A stretch of 64,000 nucleotides of DNA from Parcubacteria group bacterium M6-OD1-3 (GTDB taxonomy: Bacteria > Patescibacteriota > Minisyncoccia > Moranbacterales > UBA9337): the NCBI GenBank assembly GCA_003056165.1, contig LSNR01000002.1:2726-66725 (forward strand), written 5' to 3'. Shown here one piece after another: positions 1-10,070 of this stretch. The translations under genes and the position numbers were made by a program. Position 1 is the first letter of the stretch, and each line of letters starts with the position of its first letter. Below the pieces are notes generated by a model. That model was not told where the DNA came from. It saw only the letters and a program-made list of their open reading frames with translations, and did no database searches.

Positions 1-1529
1 ATTTTTCCATGATGTATTTTAACCATTTTCCTGCCAACATAAATTCCCAATCCCGTTCCCTCGGAACCCAAACGCTCCGTACTTGTTCCGCGCGAAAATT
101 TCTTGAACAAATTTGGCATATCTTTTTTTAAAATACCCACTCCAGTATCACTCACCGATATTCTAACTTTTTTATTATCGATGTTTTTTTCTTCTATTGT
201 TATTTTTCCTTTTCTTGTATATTTTATAGCATTATCAACAAGGTTTGAAAGCACTTCTCTAATTCGTTTGCTATCCATTTTTATTTTAGGCAAAGGTGTC
301 TCTGTTTTTTTTAAAATAAGTTTTAGACCTTTTTCCTTAGCTCTCATTTCAAAAGATTTATATACTTCGTCAACTATTTTCCTGCAATCCTGATTGTCCT
401 CAAAATTATATTGTATTCTACCTGATTCTATTCGAGAAATATCCAAAATATCTTCCACCAATTCAATTAACCTTTCATTTGAAACCAGCGTTCGCTTAAG
501 ATAATCCTTTATTTTTTCGTTTAAATTATCTCCACCCTCCTCTAATGCCATACTCACATAACCCTTTATAATCGTCGGTGGTGTTCTTAATTGATGTGCC
601 GCGATAGAAACGAATTCGTTCTTAGCATCATCCAATGCAATTAATTTCTCATTGGTTTTTTTTAATTTTTTAGCTAAGAATTTTAATTTTTCTTTTTGTG
701 CCACTTCTTGGTCAAAGCTTTTTTTCAATAAATAACTTGTAAAAGCAACTGCAACGAAAAATAACATTTTAACAATATATTCTTGTATTGTTTCTGAAAT
801 AAAGATATAGCTAAAAGCAACTACATTTAATAGTATTATCAGCGCATGCAAGGTTAACACTTTAATTTTTAAAAGCTTATATTGCGTTATTGCATACCCT
901 GTAATAATAGCAAAAAATAATCCAGATAAATAGAATATCGGAGGTACATTAACACCGTAAGCCGGCAAAAAGCCAACTGATCCAGTTGTTAATACTAGTA
1001 ATGCCAAAAATTCCGTTCGCGCTTTTTGTCTTAAAATACCCAAATTAGATCGACACAAAACAATTATCTCATTAAACATTAGCACTAGATATACAATAAA
1101 AAATATCAAAAAAAAGTGATGGAAAATCTGTGCTTTAGAATGAATCCCCCATGAATATTCATAAACATTATTAACAAATAGTTTTGTAAATAAATTCAAT
1201 AATAAAAAAATAAGCGAAAAAATATAACCAACAATAACAATCATTTTTCTTTTTTTAAATTTTTCAGCAAAAATAACAGCAAAATGATATACTGTTGAAG
1301 GAATAAAAATAACAGCAACATATATTAATTTATCCCAAAAAAACGCTTCTTCAGTTGTATGACTTTTAAGCATCATAAATGTTCCACTTAACCACGCAAA
1401 AATAATAAAAGAAAAAACCAAAAACAATATATTTAATTGATTTCTTTTTCCATTAACAAAAACAATTATTCCTAAAGCTAGTACAAATATAGAGCTTATT
1501 AATGGTAATAATTTTATAATATTATCCAT
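1..1529 (-). CDS. sensor histidine kinase, partial (C-terminus beyond window start); multi-TM N-terminal sensor + HisKA + HATPase_c
   Basis: Own translation of minus strand from ATG at 1529 stays open to position 1 (MDNIIKLLPL...). H-box 'SIAAHQLRTPPT', N-box 'LVDNAIKYT', G-boxes 'DTGVGI' and 'GTGLGI'. Absent from ORF track because no in-window stop. Confidence 0.75.
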   Translation of the reverse strand, partial: MDNIIKLLPLISSIFVLALGIIVFVNGKRNQLNILFLVFSFIIFAWLSGTFMMLKSHTTEEAFFWDKLIYVAVIFIPSTVYHFAVIFAEKFKKRKMIVIVGYIFSLIFLLLNLFTKLFVNNVYEYSWGIHSKAQIFHHFFLIFFIVYLVLMFNEIIVLCRSNLGILRQKARTEFLALLVLTTGSVGFLPAYGVNVPPIFYLSGLFFAIITGYAITQYKLLKIKVLTLHALIILLNVVAFSYIFISETIQEYIVKMLFFVAVAFTSYLLKKSFDQEVAQKEKLKFLAKKLKKTNEKLIALDDAKNEFVSIAAHQLRTPPTIIKGYVSMALEEGGDNLNEKIKDYLKRTLVSNERLIELVEDILDISRIESGRIQYNFEDNQDCRKIVDEVYKSFEMRAKEKGLKLILKKTETPLPKIKMDSKRIREVLSNLVDNAIKYTRKGKITIEEKNIDNKKVRISVSDTGVGILKKDMPNLFKKFSRGTSTERLGSEGTGLGIYVGRKMVKIHHGK

Positions 1530-1600
1530 TTATATTTAGATATTTTACTTTCTTATATTCAAAATATAACACAAAATTACCGTAAAACAAAATTAAAAAT

Positions 1601-1634
1601 ACCCGTGTCGCAACACAATAATTGCAACACGGGT
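1601..1634. terminator. 13-bp-stem hairpin (acccgtgtcgcaa / ttgcaacacgggt) downstream of the SDR gene
   Basis: Inverted repeat read directly, flanked by A/T runs. Confidence 0.5.
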
Positions 1635-1641
1635 AGGATTT

Positions 1642-2784
1642 CTAATTCAAAAGATGCATAATTTCATAAACACGAGACTTTTTGAACTCACACCTTAACG
1701 CAAAGTTCAAAAGCGTTTTTATAAGTTCTTGCGTGATCGGCGGATGCTCACAAAAAATATCGCCAAGAGCACAACGGCAGTTTTCTTGCGAAAAACGAGG
1801 AGTCCAAGATGTAAATGGTCTATAATCCCTTGTTCCTCGAGTAATTGCTGCCTGCAAAATACGCAGAACTCTTTTTGTAGTTTTTTTAGGATCTCTCCTG
1901 ACTGACGGCCCAGAAATTCCCAAGACATTTAAGCTCATTTGGAGCAATTCATCATACTCTGGAGCGTTGGCGTTCGTTATGTTAAACACGCCCGGAATAC
2001 CAACGGAAAATAAATTTGCTATCAACATCACAACATAATCAATTGTCACAACATTAATTGTTGCTCCAACAACTCCCGGTACTGCTACTGGAAGGTGTAA
2101 AGTTGAATCCGAAGAATGAAGGATTTTTTTGCGAACAAAACCTGTCCCATCACTCATCTTAGCAAAAGGTTTCATAAAACGGTACCAACCACCGTCCATA
2201 GAAGTAGTTAACCCATCTATACTACGCCCGATAACAATACTCGGAGCGTAGATAAAAACTTTCCGTTCCGACTTTTCTTTCCCCCATTTCATAACCTTAA
2301 CCTCTGCTAAAGCTTTTGGCATTGTATAGGAGTTTACAAAATCACTCAAACGAAGATCATCTTCTTTTACAATCCCGTTTTTCATAAAATCTCTGGCGAA
2401 TACCGTTGATACATAATGAAACTCGGGAATATTATGCCTGGACGCAAACGCCAACATTTTCTTCGTTCCTTCTAGATTGGTTGCCGAAATCTGCCCGGCA
2501 AACTTCTTTTCAAAACGAATATCGCCAGCACAGTGGAAAATCGCGTCAACATTTTTTCCTGCCCAATCAGGAATATTATCCAAATCGCCAGAAGCGACCA
2601 GGAAGTTTCCGTCAAGAGCGTTAGTATCAACAAGCGCAAGAGCATCTCGCACCCGAGTTTCAGCTAACAGCCCATGTTTTTCTCTGGCAAGAAAAACAAG
2701 TTGACAGTCTCTCTGAAGAAATTCAACAGCCAAAAACTGGCCGATAAATCCTGTACCACCGGTCAACAAAATTTTCTTGAACAT
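1642..2784 (-). CDS. NAD(P)-binding Rossmann protein, SDR/epimerase or thioester-reductase-like family
   Basis: N-terminal 'LLTGGTGFIGQFL' dinucleotide-binding motif; ORF track. Confidence 0.6.
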   Translation of the reverse strand: MFKKILLTGGTGFIGQFLAVEFLQRDCQLVFLAREKHGLLAETRVRDALALVDTNALDGNFLVASGDLDNIPDWAGKNVDAIFHCAGDIRFEKKFAGQISATNLEGTKKMLAFASRHNIPEFHYVSTVFARDFMKNGIVKEDDLRLSDFVNSYTMPKALAEVKVMKWGKEKSERKVFIYAPSIVIGRSIDGLTTSMDGGWYRFMKPFAKMSDGTGFVRKKILHSSDSTLHLPVAVPGVVGATINVVTIDYVVMLIANLFSVGIPGVFNITNANAPEYDELLQMSLNVLGISGPSVRRDPKKTTKRVLRILQAAITRGTRDYRPFTSWTPRFSQENCRCALGDIFCEHPPITQELIKTLLNFALRCEFKKSRVYEIMHLLN

Positions 2785-2902
2785 TGTTATCCTCCTTTTG
2801 TGATGACAAATACCAGTTTTTATTTTTTGCCGTTAAAAATTTTGCTAAATCAAAATACTACCATTTTTATACCACGCCGAAACAAATATGTCCAATAAAA
2901 AA

Positions 2903-2923
2903 CAGCGAGGTTGAACCTCGCTG
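2903..2923. terminator. hairpin cagcgagg-ttgaa-cctcgctg with flanking A/T runs (bidirectional)
   Basis: Read directly; lies just downstream of the ABC ATPase gene. Confidence 0.55.
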
Positions 2924-2955
2924 TTAAAATTATTACACTATACAAACACACCTCA

Positions 2956-3639
2956 TTATGTTGTTTGTAATTTTCCATCTTTCAACCACACTGATCTATC
3001 TACATATTTCTTATCATCTGGCTCGTGCGTGACCATAATAATTGTCTGATTATATTTGTCTGCTAATTCACGCATCACCTCCAAAACCGCTTCTGCCGCC
3101 TCAGAATCCAAATTCGCTGTCGGCTCATCAGCGAAAAGAATGTCAGGTTTATTCACAATTGCACGCGCGATTGAAACTCTTTGTTGTTCGCCACCGGACA
3201 ATTCCGAAGGTAAATTATTCTCACGACCATTTAATCCAACTCTCTCAAGGATTTCTTTAATATCTTTATTATACTGTCTTTTTGATTTTCCTAATGCCAT
3301 CATAGGCAAAGCAATATTCTCATATAGAGTTAATTCTGGAATTAAGGCATAATCTTGAAAGACATACCCCAACACTTCTAACCGAAACTTTGCCCGATCT
3401 TGTTCCGATAATTTCGAAACATCAATACCATTTATTTCTATATATCCAGATGTTGGTCGATCCAGTAAAGCAATCTGATGCAAAAAGGTAGATTTTCCAG
3501 AACCACTTCGCCCCATCAATGCCACGAATTCACCCTTTTTTAATTCTATATCAATCCCTTTCAATGCATAAACTGGACTAGCTGTATTCGCTTTATATGT
3601 CTTAACCAAATCTTTAGTTTTTAAAATATATTCTTTCAT
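2956..3639 (-). CDS. ABC transporter ATP-binding protein (MacB/LolD/FtsE-like)
   Basis: Walker A 'GRSGSGKST', signature 'LSGGEQQRVSIARA', Walker B 'ILFADEPT'. Confidence 0.9.
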   Translation of the reverse strand: MKEYILKTKDLVKTYKANTASPVYALKGIDIELKKGEFVALMGRSGSGKSTFLHQIALLDRPTSGYIEINGIDVSKLSEQDRAKFRLEVLGYVFQDYALIPELTLYENIALPMMALGKSKRQYNKDIKEILERVGLNGRENNLPSELSGGEQQRVSIARAIVNKPDILFADEPTANLDSEAAEAVLEVMRELADKYNQTIIMVTHEPDDKKYVDRSVWLKDGKLQTT

Positions 3640-3646
3640 ATAATAA

Positions 3647-4867
3647 TTAGCGCATTAAATCAAGAATTTTTTTACGGACTTCTTTTATTGCCGGCAAAAA
3701 TGATCCTATTAATCCAGCGATGATAAACAAGATTATGCTCATTTTCAAAGCCGACTTTTTTATTGATGGAACCATATCGCCCATCGGAAAATCAATTGGA
3801 TGTACTTTGAAAAAATTTATTACTCCAAATCTCATTAACAAATATCCTAATGCCATTCCTAATACAGTATAAAACATTCCCCGAATTACATAAGAATACA
3901 TTATAGCACCTTCTGGAATACCGATAGCTTTCAAAATTCCAATTTGTTTACGACGATTAACAATATCAACAAAAATAATAATAAATATTACCAATCCAGC
4001 TACAAATGATCCTATTACACGCAAAATTGAACCGATCATATCAAAGGATTTATTTATTGTTCTACCAAACTCCAATTTATTATTCCAGTCAGAGATATCA
4101 TATGCTCCAAGATTTAATTTTTCAAAATCAACAACAGCTACAGGCGATAAACTTCTATCAGTTAATCTTACAATAATTTCACTAGATTCATTTGTTGTTC
4201 CTAAAATTGACTTTAAATCATTTTGTGTCACTATCAACTTTGAATCGGTATCAAAATTTTTTGTTTTATATACACCGACAATTTCATAATCCCTACTTAT
4301 ATCATTATCATATTTTACAGTAATCGTATCACCAGGTCGAACACCTTCCAAATCATCTGGAAACACAGAGCTACCATAACCACCAGCAACATCCGCGCCA
4401 ATAATTGCTTTCCCATAGTCACCCTTTCTCAAATAACGACCACTGACTATTTTAGAAGAAACATCAATTGCTTTAGACTCTTTTTCTGGGTTAATACCAA
4501 TAACGCCCCCCGAAAAACGAACTACATCTCTGCCATCATTATTTTTATCATTTATTAGCGTAGCACCAGTTCGCAAATGCGAAGTAACCGCCTTTATATA
4601 ATAAAAATCTTTTATTTCATTGATGATGTCATTAGTATTTTTAATATATTTATCTCCATCTTGTGGCTCAAAAATAACCTCACCGTATTGATAATTTATT
4701 TTACCATTATCCATTGTTACAGAAATTCCAGTAAAAATTGAATCGATAAAAAGTAAATTTAAAAATACGACAAGCATGATTAATATTGTCAAAATGAATG
4801 AACCTTTATCTCCTCGTAAAATAGTTTTAATTGCTAAAAATATTGAAAGTTTTGCATTTTTAAACAT
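3647..4867 (-). CDS. ABC transporter permease, FtsX/MacB-type
   Basis: N- and C-terminal TM segments around a large extracytoplasmic domain; operon position next to the ATPase. Confidence 0.75.
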   Translation of the reverse strand: MFKNAKLSIFLAIKTILRGDKGSFILTILIMLVVFLNLLFIDSIFTGISVTMDNGKINYQYGEVIFEPQDGDKYIKNTNDIINEIKDFYYIKAVTSHLRTGATLINDKNNDGRDVVRFSGGVIGINPEKESKAIDVSSKIVSGRYLRKGDYGKAIIGADVAGGYGSSVFPDDLEGVRPGDTITVKYDNDISRDYEIVGVYKTKNFDTDSKLIVTQNDLKSILGTTNESSEIIVRLTDRSLSPVAVVDFEKLNLGAYDISDWNNKLEFGRTINKSFDMIGSILRVIGSFVAGLVIFIIIFVDIVNRRKQIGILKAIGIPEGAIMYSYVIRGMFYTVLGMALGYLLMRFGVINFFKVHPIDFPMGDMVPSIKKSALKMSIILFIIAGLIGSFLPAIKEVRKKILDLMR

Positions 4868-4881
4868 AATAATCTACTATT

Positions 4882-5877
4882 CTATTTATCTTGTGGCATC
4901 ACAATTTTATCATTAACATTCAGTCCAGATACAACCTCAACAAAATCATCCCCTACTAAGCCGACTTCAAAATGTTTTTTAACAAATTGACTATCATCAG
5001 AAGTCTTATCATCTAATACATAGACAAAATATCCATTTTCATCTTTTTTAGTAAAATCACGAGATACTGCTATAACATTTGTTTTTTTATTAATTTCAAT
5101 GTCAATTTCTGCATTCATTCCATCCAAGATAATCGCATCTTTTTTATCATCAAGAACTACAATCGCACGATAATATGTACTATTTTGGTCAACCGTACTT
5201 GAAGTATCAATTGATGTTAATTTTCCTTTCACAATTTTATTTGGATAAGCGTCTAAAGAGATAAACGCTTCATCACCTATAATAATTTTAGAAAAATCAA
5301 CCTCTGGGATTAAAGCCTCTAGCCTTAATGAAGTTGGATCAATAATTCTCATTATAATACCTTTAGCTACTTCTCCAACCTGAGCATCTTGCCTAATAAC
5401 GATGCCATTAATTGGCGATACAATCGTCGTCTTTTCAGCTTGTGCCAAAACTTCTCGCAAAGATTGTCGCGCTTGTTCTGTTGTTTTTTTAACATTTTCT
5501 CTTTCTTCTGGTTTTAGCATATCCCATTTTCGTCGTGCATTTATTTCTGCTAGTTCCGCTCGCTCTACTGCAAGTTTAGCATTTTCTGTCTGAGCCTTAA
5601 TAGAGTCTTTGTTTAAGGTAAACAAAACCTGCCCTTTTGTGACATGGTCATTAATTAATACATCTACAGTATCAATTAACGCTGGTAATTCCGAAGAAAT
5701 ATTGGCATAAATATCCGGCTTCACTTGTGCATCAACATTTATTGTTTTACGAATATCAGTCTTAACAACTTGATTCTCATTATATGGTTGTTCATTTTTT
5801 CGCGATCGTACAAAAAAAATAGCGGAAACTATTATAATAATTATAACAACAACGCTAATGATAGTATTTTTTTTCAT
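4882..5877 (-). CDS. HlyD/MacA-like periplasmic adaptor subunit
   Basis: N-terminal TM, coiled-coil region, beta-barrel-like C-terminus; adjacent to the ABC pair. Confidence 0.65.
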   Translation of the reverse strand: MKKNTIISVVVIIIIIVSAIFFVRSRKNEQPYNENQVVKTDIRKTINVDAQVKPDIYANISSELPALIDTVDVLINDHVTKGQVLFTLNKDSIKAQTENAKLAVERAELAEINARRKWDMLKPEERENVKKTTEQARQSLREVLAQAEKTTIVSPINGIVIRQDAQVGEVAKGIIMRIIDPTSLRLEALIPEVDFSKIIIGDEAFISLDAYPNKIVKGKLTSIDTSSTVDQNSTYYRAIVVLDDKKDAIILDGMNAEIDIEINKKTNVIAVSRDFTKKDENGYFVYVLDDKTSDDSQFVKKHFEVGLVGDDFVEVVSGLNVNDKIVMPQDK

Positions 5878-5970
5878 AGTATAATGTCTATATAAATAAT
5901 TTTATATTAAAAATAGATTAGAGTACTTCTTCATAGTATCACAATCCAATTAACTAAGCCAGGAAAGTCA

Positions 5971-6282
5971 CTAACTTTGTTTATTGTTTCCTGCAACTTT
6001 AATAACCATATCAAAATTGTCGTCATCAATAATTTTGTTTTTCTTTTTAAATCCGCACTTTATACATTTATGCAATACGCCGTACTTTCCGTTTTTTAAA
6101 TCAACACTAATTGGCTTCATCATTCCACCACATTTTTCCATTCTGTCGCCGGGATTTATATCAACATGCTTACTCCATAAACATTGCGGACAATGGTTGG
6201 TATATCCATTGCCATTGACCATTTGCCCACAATTCTCGCAAACAAAATTTTCTTTCTTTCTTTGAAATTTTTTACTTAACAT
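5971..6282 (-). CDS. RNHCP-domain zinc-ribbon protein
   Basis: Cys pairs 'CENCG', 'CPQC', 'CIKCG' and an 'NHCP' motif. Confidence 0.5.
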   Translation of the reverse strand: MLSKKFQRKKENFVCENCGQMVNGNGYTNHCPQCLWSKHVDINPGDRMEKCGGMMKPISVDLKNGKYGVLHKCIKCGFKKKNKIIDDDNFDMVIKVAGNNKQS

Positions 6283-6790
6283 TTGATTTTTTTAAATAAT
6301 CACCGATTTTAATCTTACACTTATTTATTTTTCCGGCATTTAATTCCAAAACTTGATTTATTGGTTTTGACGGGAAAACTGTTCGTCGAGATTTTTCCGA
6401 AAAATCTTTTTCAAAACCGACAACCTCTTCGTCTTTTAACCAAAGCAAATCAATTGGAAAACGCATATCTTTCATCCAAAAACCATACTTACCTTCTCGA
6501 GAAAATTTAAAAAACATTCCACAATCAACGCAAAGGCTATTTCTATCGGACAAACCCTTCCTCCTTACCTTCGGAGTTTCAGCAATTTCAATATTAAATC
6601 TGCAATCACCTACAACGATTGTCCGCCCAACAATTATTTTATCCCTGCTTAAAGTAGTACGCTCAGTATCAACTTTTTCTTTCAATTCAATAACCCCAAC
6701 GACAAAAAACAATCCGACAAAAACAATTATTCCCGCTAATAGTTTTTGTTTTTTATTCATAAGACTATAATATAATATTTTTTTCAACAA
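6272..6790 (-). CDS. DUF192-family protein with N-terminal TM anchor
   Basis: Pattern 'ETP..RRKGLSDR...GMFFKF...FWMKDMRFPIDLLWL' fits DUF192. Confidence 0.45.
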   Translation of the reverse strand: MLKKILYYSLMNKKQKLLAGIIVFVGLFFVVGVIELKEKVDTERTTLSRDKIIVGRTIVVGDCRFNIEIAETPKVRRKGLSDRNSLCVDCGMFFKFSREGKYGFWMKDMRFPIDLLWLKDEEVVGFEKDFSEKSRRTVFPSKPINQVLELNAGKINKCKIKIGDYLKKSNVK

Positions 6791-7830
6791 TGAGGATTAA
6801 CCTCACTATTGGAAACATCACTGTTAATATAAAATGTAACTAGCATAATTATTCCGACACAAAAAACAAATATTATTTTGCCAGCAGTGGAAACATTTAG
6901 TGCCAATATAGCAATTGCAAAAGTGATTGTGTAAAAAAATAATGATATTTTTCTTTGCGACCAACCTAATTTTAATAAACGATAATGTAGATGTTCCTGA
7001 TCCGGACTGAAAATTGATTTTCTATTCTTAATTCTTCTACCAATAACCCAAAAAAAATCAACAACGGGAACTGCCATAACCAACAATGTTGTAGCAATTT
7101 TTGTTCCGGCAAAAATTGATAATCCCACCAAAGCAAACCCCATAAAAAAAGCTCCGCTCGTTCCCGCCATAATTTTTGCCGGATAAAAATTAAAGCATAA
7201 AAACCCGACTAACCCGCCTGCTAAAATTATCGCAATTATGGCTACCGGCGGTTGATTCACTTCAGGCTTTAATGACAAAAAGAAAACTGTCATAATTGCA
7301 ATCAATGAAACTCCACCGCTCAAACCATCTATTCCATCCAGCCAATTTACCGCATTCATCAAAACCAACGCCCAGATTATCGTAATTAATGTTCCAATAA
7401 TTACCTTTACATTCGTATCAAAATAAAAAACTCCGCCAAATGGGTTAGTTATATAATTTATTTTTGCTCCGAAAATAAACAGTATTGAAATAACACAAAT
7501 TTGAAAAAATAATTGCCAACGCCAATCAATTTCCCCAAAATCATCCCATAATCCGACTATTAAAATAACGAAGCCTCCCAACATCATCCCCCATAAAATA
7601 TTACTGATTACTAAATTTCTGTCTAAAAAAACAGTAATCGCAAAAGATAGAATAAGCGCGATACCTCCCAATCTGGAAATATTTCTTTTATGAATATGTC
7701 GCTCCTCACCCCGCATCTTGGAAAAAATTTTTATTCCCTTTTTACCAACCTTATCGCTCCAAAATAAAACCAAAAAAATAACTCCTCCACTTATCACCAA
7801 CGCTATCAAAAATGGTTGTAAATATAACAT
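6784..7830 (-). CDS. glycosyltransferase family 4, MraY/WecA-like polyprenyl-phosphate hexosamine-1-phosphate transferase
   Basis: Polytopic membrane protein with 'NAVNWLDGIDGLSGG' motif. Confidence 0.8.
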   Translation of the reverse strand: MLYLQPFLIALVISGGVIFLVLFWSDKVGKKGIKIFSKMRGEERHIHKRNISRLGGIALILSFAITVFLDRNLVISNILWGMMLGGFVILIVGLWDDFGEIDWRWQLFFQICVISILFIFGAKINYITNPFGGVFYFDTNVKVIIGTLITIIWALVLMNAVNWLDGIDGLSGGVSLIAIMTVFFLSLKPEVNQPPVAIIAIILAGGLVGFLCFNFYPAKIMAGTSGAFFMGFALVGLSIFAGTKIATTLLVMAVPVVDFFWVIGRRIKNRKSIFSPDQEHLHYRLLKLGWSQRKISLFFYTITFAIAILALNVSTAGKIIFVFCVGIIMLVTFYINSDVSNSEVNPHC

Positions 7831-7833
7831 AAT

Positions 7834-8925
7834 CTAAATATTATTTTCCACAAACTCTTTTATTTTTTTCTTAAAAATTTCTCGGTCAAATTTTAAAGAT
7901 TTTGATCTGATATAATTTCCATCAAAGTCTTCACTGCGAAATTTTTTAACAGCGGTTACAACATCTCCAGCTCGCTGTTTTTCAAAAAAGATTCCAATTT
8001 TTCCTTCTTCCATATGTTCCGCAATATCTCCACCTCGATATGCAATAAGCGGTCGTCCCGATGCCATCGCTTCAATCGCCACAATTCCAAAATCTTCCTC
8101 TTGTGGGAAAATAAAAGCTTTGCAATTAGCATAATATTTCGGCAAGCTAGCATCATCAACTCTACCCAAAAATTCAATATTGCTTTTTGCCATTTTTTGC
8201 AAACGCTTCATCTCCGGACCACGTCCAATTATTTTTAACGACAATCCCAACCTATTAAAAGCTTCTATAACAATGTCGTGTCGCTTATAAGCAATCAATC
8301 TACCAACCATCAAGAAGTAACTTCCTCTTTTTTCTGAATTATTTTCAACATAAAAATTATCAACCGCTACCGGCGGATTTATGACTCTTGACTTTTTTCT
8401 ATAATATTTAGATATTCTCTTGGCGACAAAATTTGAGTTGGCAATAAATTTATCAACCCGTTCTGCACTAACCGAATCCCAAATACGAACGAAATTCATA
8501 AAAAACGGAATCGTTCTTTTAATAAATTTTGGAAAACCGAAATCATCCGTATATTTTTGACAATCATCCCACGCATAACGCATCGGCGTGTGCATATAAC
8601 AAATATGTGTAGTTTCCGGACCAGTAATAATTCCTTTGGCGTAACTTGAGGAATCCGAAAGAACAACATCATATTTTGAAAAATCAAATTGCTCTATTGC
8701 CGATGGCATTAACATTGGAAACAGACGATGCCTTTTTTTTGCCAAGGGAAATTTCTGTAAAAATGAAGTATGAATTTTTTTGTTTTCAAAAACACCATGC
8801 ATGACATCTTTGTCATACACAATAGTGTAAATATGAGCGTGTGGGAAAATTTCCGTAAAACATTCCAATACTCTCTCCGCCCCGCCATATTGAATAAGAT
8901 AATCGTGAACTAAAGCTATCTTCAT
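7834..8925 (-). CDS. glycosyltransferase, GT4 (GT-B) family
   Basis: C-terminal 'EDFGIVAIEAMASGRPLIA' motif. Confidence 0.8.
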   Translation of the reverse strand: MKIALVHDYLIQYGGAERVLECFTEIFPHAHIYTIVYDKDVMHGVFENKKIHTSFLQKFPLAKKRHRLFPMLMPSAIEQFDFSKYDVVLSDSSSYAKGIITGPETTHICYMHTPMRYAWDDCQKYTDDFGFPKFIKRTIPFFMNFVRIWDSVSAERVDKFIANSNFVAKRISKYYRKKSRVINPPVAVDNFYVENNSEKRGSYFLMVGRLIAYKRHDIVIEAFNRLGLSLKIIGRGPEMKRLQKMAKSNIEFLGRVDDASLPKYYANCKAFIFPQEEDFGIVAIEAMASGRPLIAYRGGDIAEHMEEGKIGIFFEKQRAGDVVTAVKKFRSEDFDGNYIRSKSLKFDREIFKKKIKEFVENNI

Positions 8926-9056
8926 ATATCTAAATAATAGCTTTTTTGTAAATTTTAATCAAATTGTTTGATTTACATTTAAATCTAAGTGCTCTATATT
9001 GAAAAAACGATTTTTAGTGAATTTTTATTTTCTCTATTCAATTATTTCCAATTGAA

Positions 9057-10061
9057 TTAATTTTTATTTGCAAGCTGTCCACAACCAGCATTGATGTCCG
9101 AACCAAAACTTTTTCGAACTGTTACATTAACACCCTCTTTTTTAAGAATTTTTTTAAACTTATTTACTCTATTTTCAGAAGAAGCCCTAAAATCACCAGT
9201 TGTATTATATTTAATCAAATTTACCATATATAATGGTTTTTTCATCAAACCAGCCAACTCTTTAGCGTGTCTTGCTGAATCATTTACATTTTCAATCAAC
9301 AAATATTCGAACATTACTTTTCGAGACTTTTTAACAATATATTCATCTACAACACCCAGCAACTCTTTTATTTTATTTTCTTTATTTGTTGGTATCAATT
9401 TTGACCGCAATTCATCATTCGGAGCATGCAATGAAATTGCTAAATTAATTTGCTCTTTTTCTTCGGTAAATTTTTTAATACCAACAATAATTCCAACGGT
9501 AGAAATTGAAATGTTTCGCGCCCCTAATCCAATAAACTCTTCTTTGTTTAAAATTTGCACTGCTGTCATCACTTGGTCATAATTTAAAAATGGCTCGCCC
9601 ATTCCCATAAATATCACATTGGTAATTTTTTCTTGGTCACCAAAATTCTTTTTTAAATAACGAGCGAAAAATAAAAACTGACTGATTATTTCCTCACTTG
9701 TTAAATTTCTATTAAACCCCATTTTTCCTGTTGCACAAAAAGCACAGCCTCCAGCGCAACCAACTTGTGAAGAAACACAAAGAGAATTTCGATTATCTTT
9801 ATTTCGCATTAGCACTGTTTCAATTTTAGCTCCATCACTAAAAGATAATAAAGCCTTAAAAGTTTTACCATCCGCTGAAGGAAAAATTTCTCCCTCTATC
9901 TCCAATAAACAATCTTTTTTTAATTCTTCTTTTAAATTATTTGGAATATTAGTCATTTCATCCCATTCGGAAATAAACTGCTTAAAAACAGCCTGCTGAA
10001 TTTGTTTTTGTCTATAACTAGGCTCCTTCTTTAATATTTTTTCCAAATTTTCTAAATTCAT
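9057..10061 (-). CDS. rlmN: 23S rRNA/tRNA adenine-C2 methyltransferase RlmN (radical SAM)
   Basis: 'CVSSQVGCAGGCAFCATG' radical-SAM cysteine cluster; RlmN-like length. Confidence 0.85.
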   Translation of the reverse strand: MNLENLEKILKKEPSYRQKQIQQAVFKQFISEWDEMTNIPNNLKEELKKDCLLEIEGEIFPSADGKTFKALLSFSDGAKIETVLMRNKDNRNSLCVSSQVGCAGGCAFCATGKMGFNRNLTSEEIISQFLFFARYLKKNFGDQEKITNVIFMGMGEPFLNYDQVMTAVQILNKEEFIGLGARNISISTVGIIVGIKKFTEEKEQINLAISLHAPNDELRSKLIPTNKENKIKELLGVVDEYIVKKSRKVMFEYLLIENVNDSARHAKELAGLMKKPLYMVNLIKYNTTGDFRASSENRVNKFKKILKKEGVNVTVRKSFGSDINAGCGQLANKN

Positions 10062-10070
10062 GATGATATT

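Noticed and set aside
103-393. 96-aa plus-strand ORF
   Set aside because: Antisense to the clearly conserved HATPase_c region of the histidine kinase on the minus strand.
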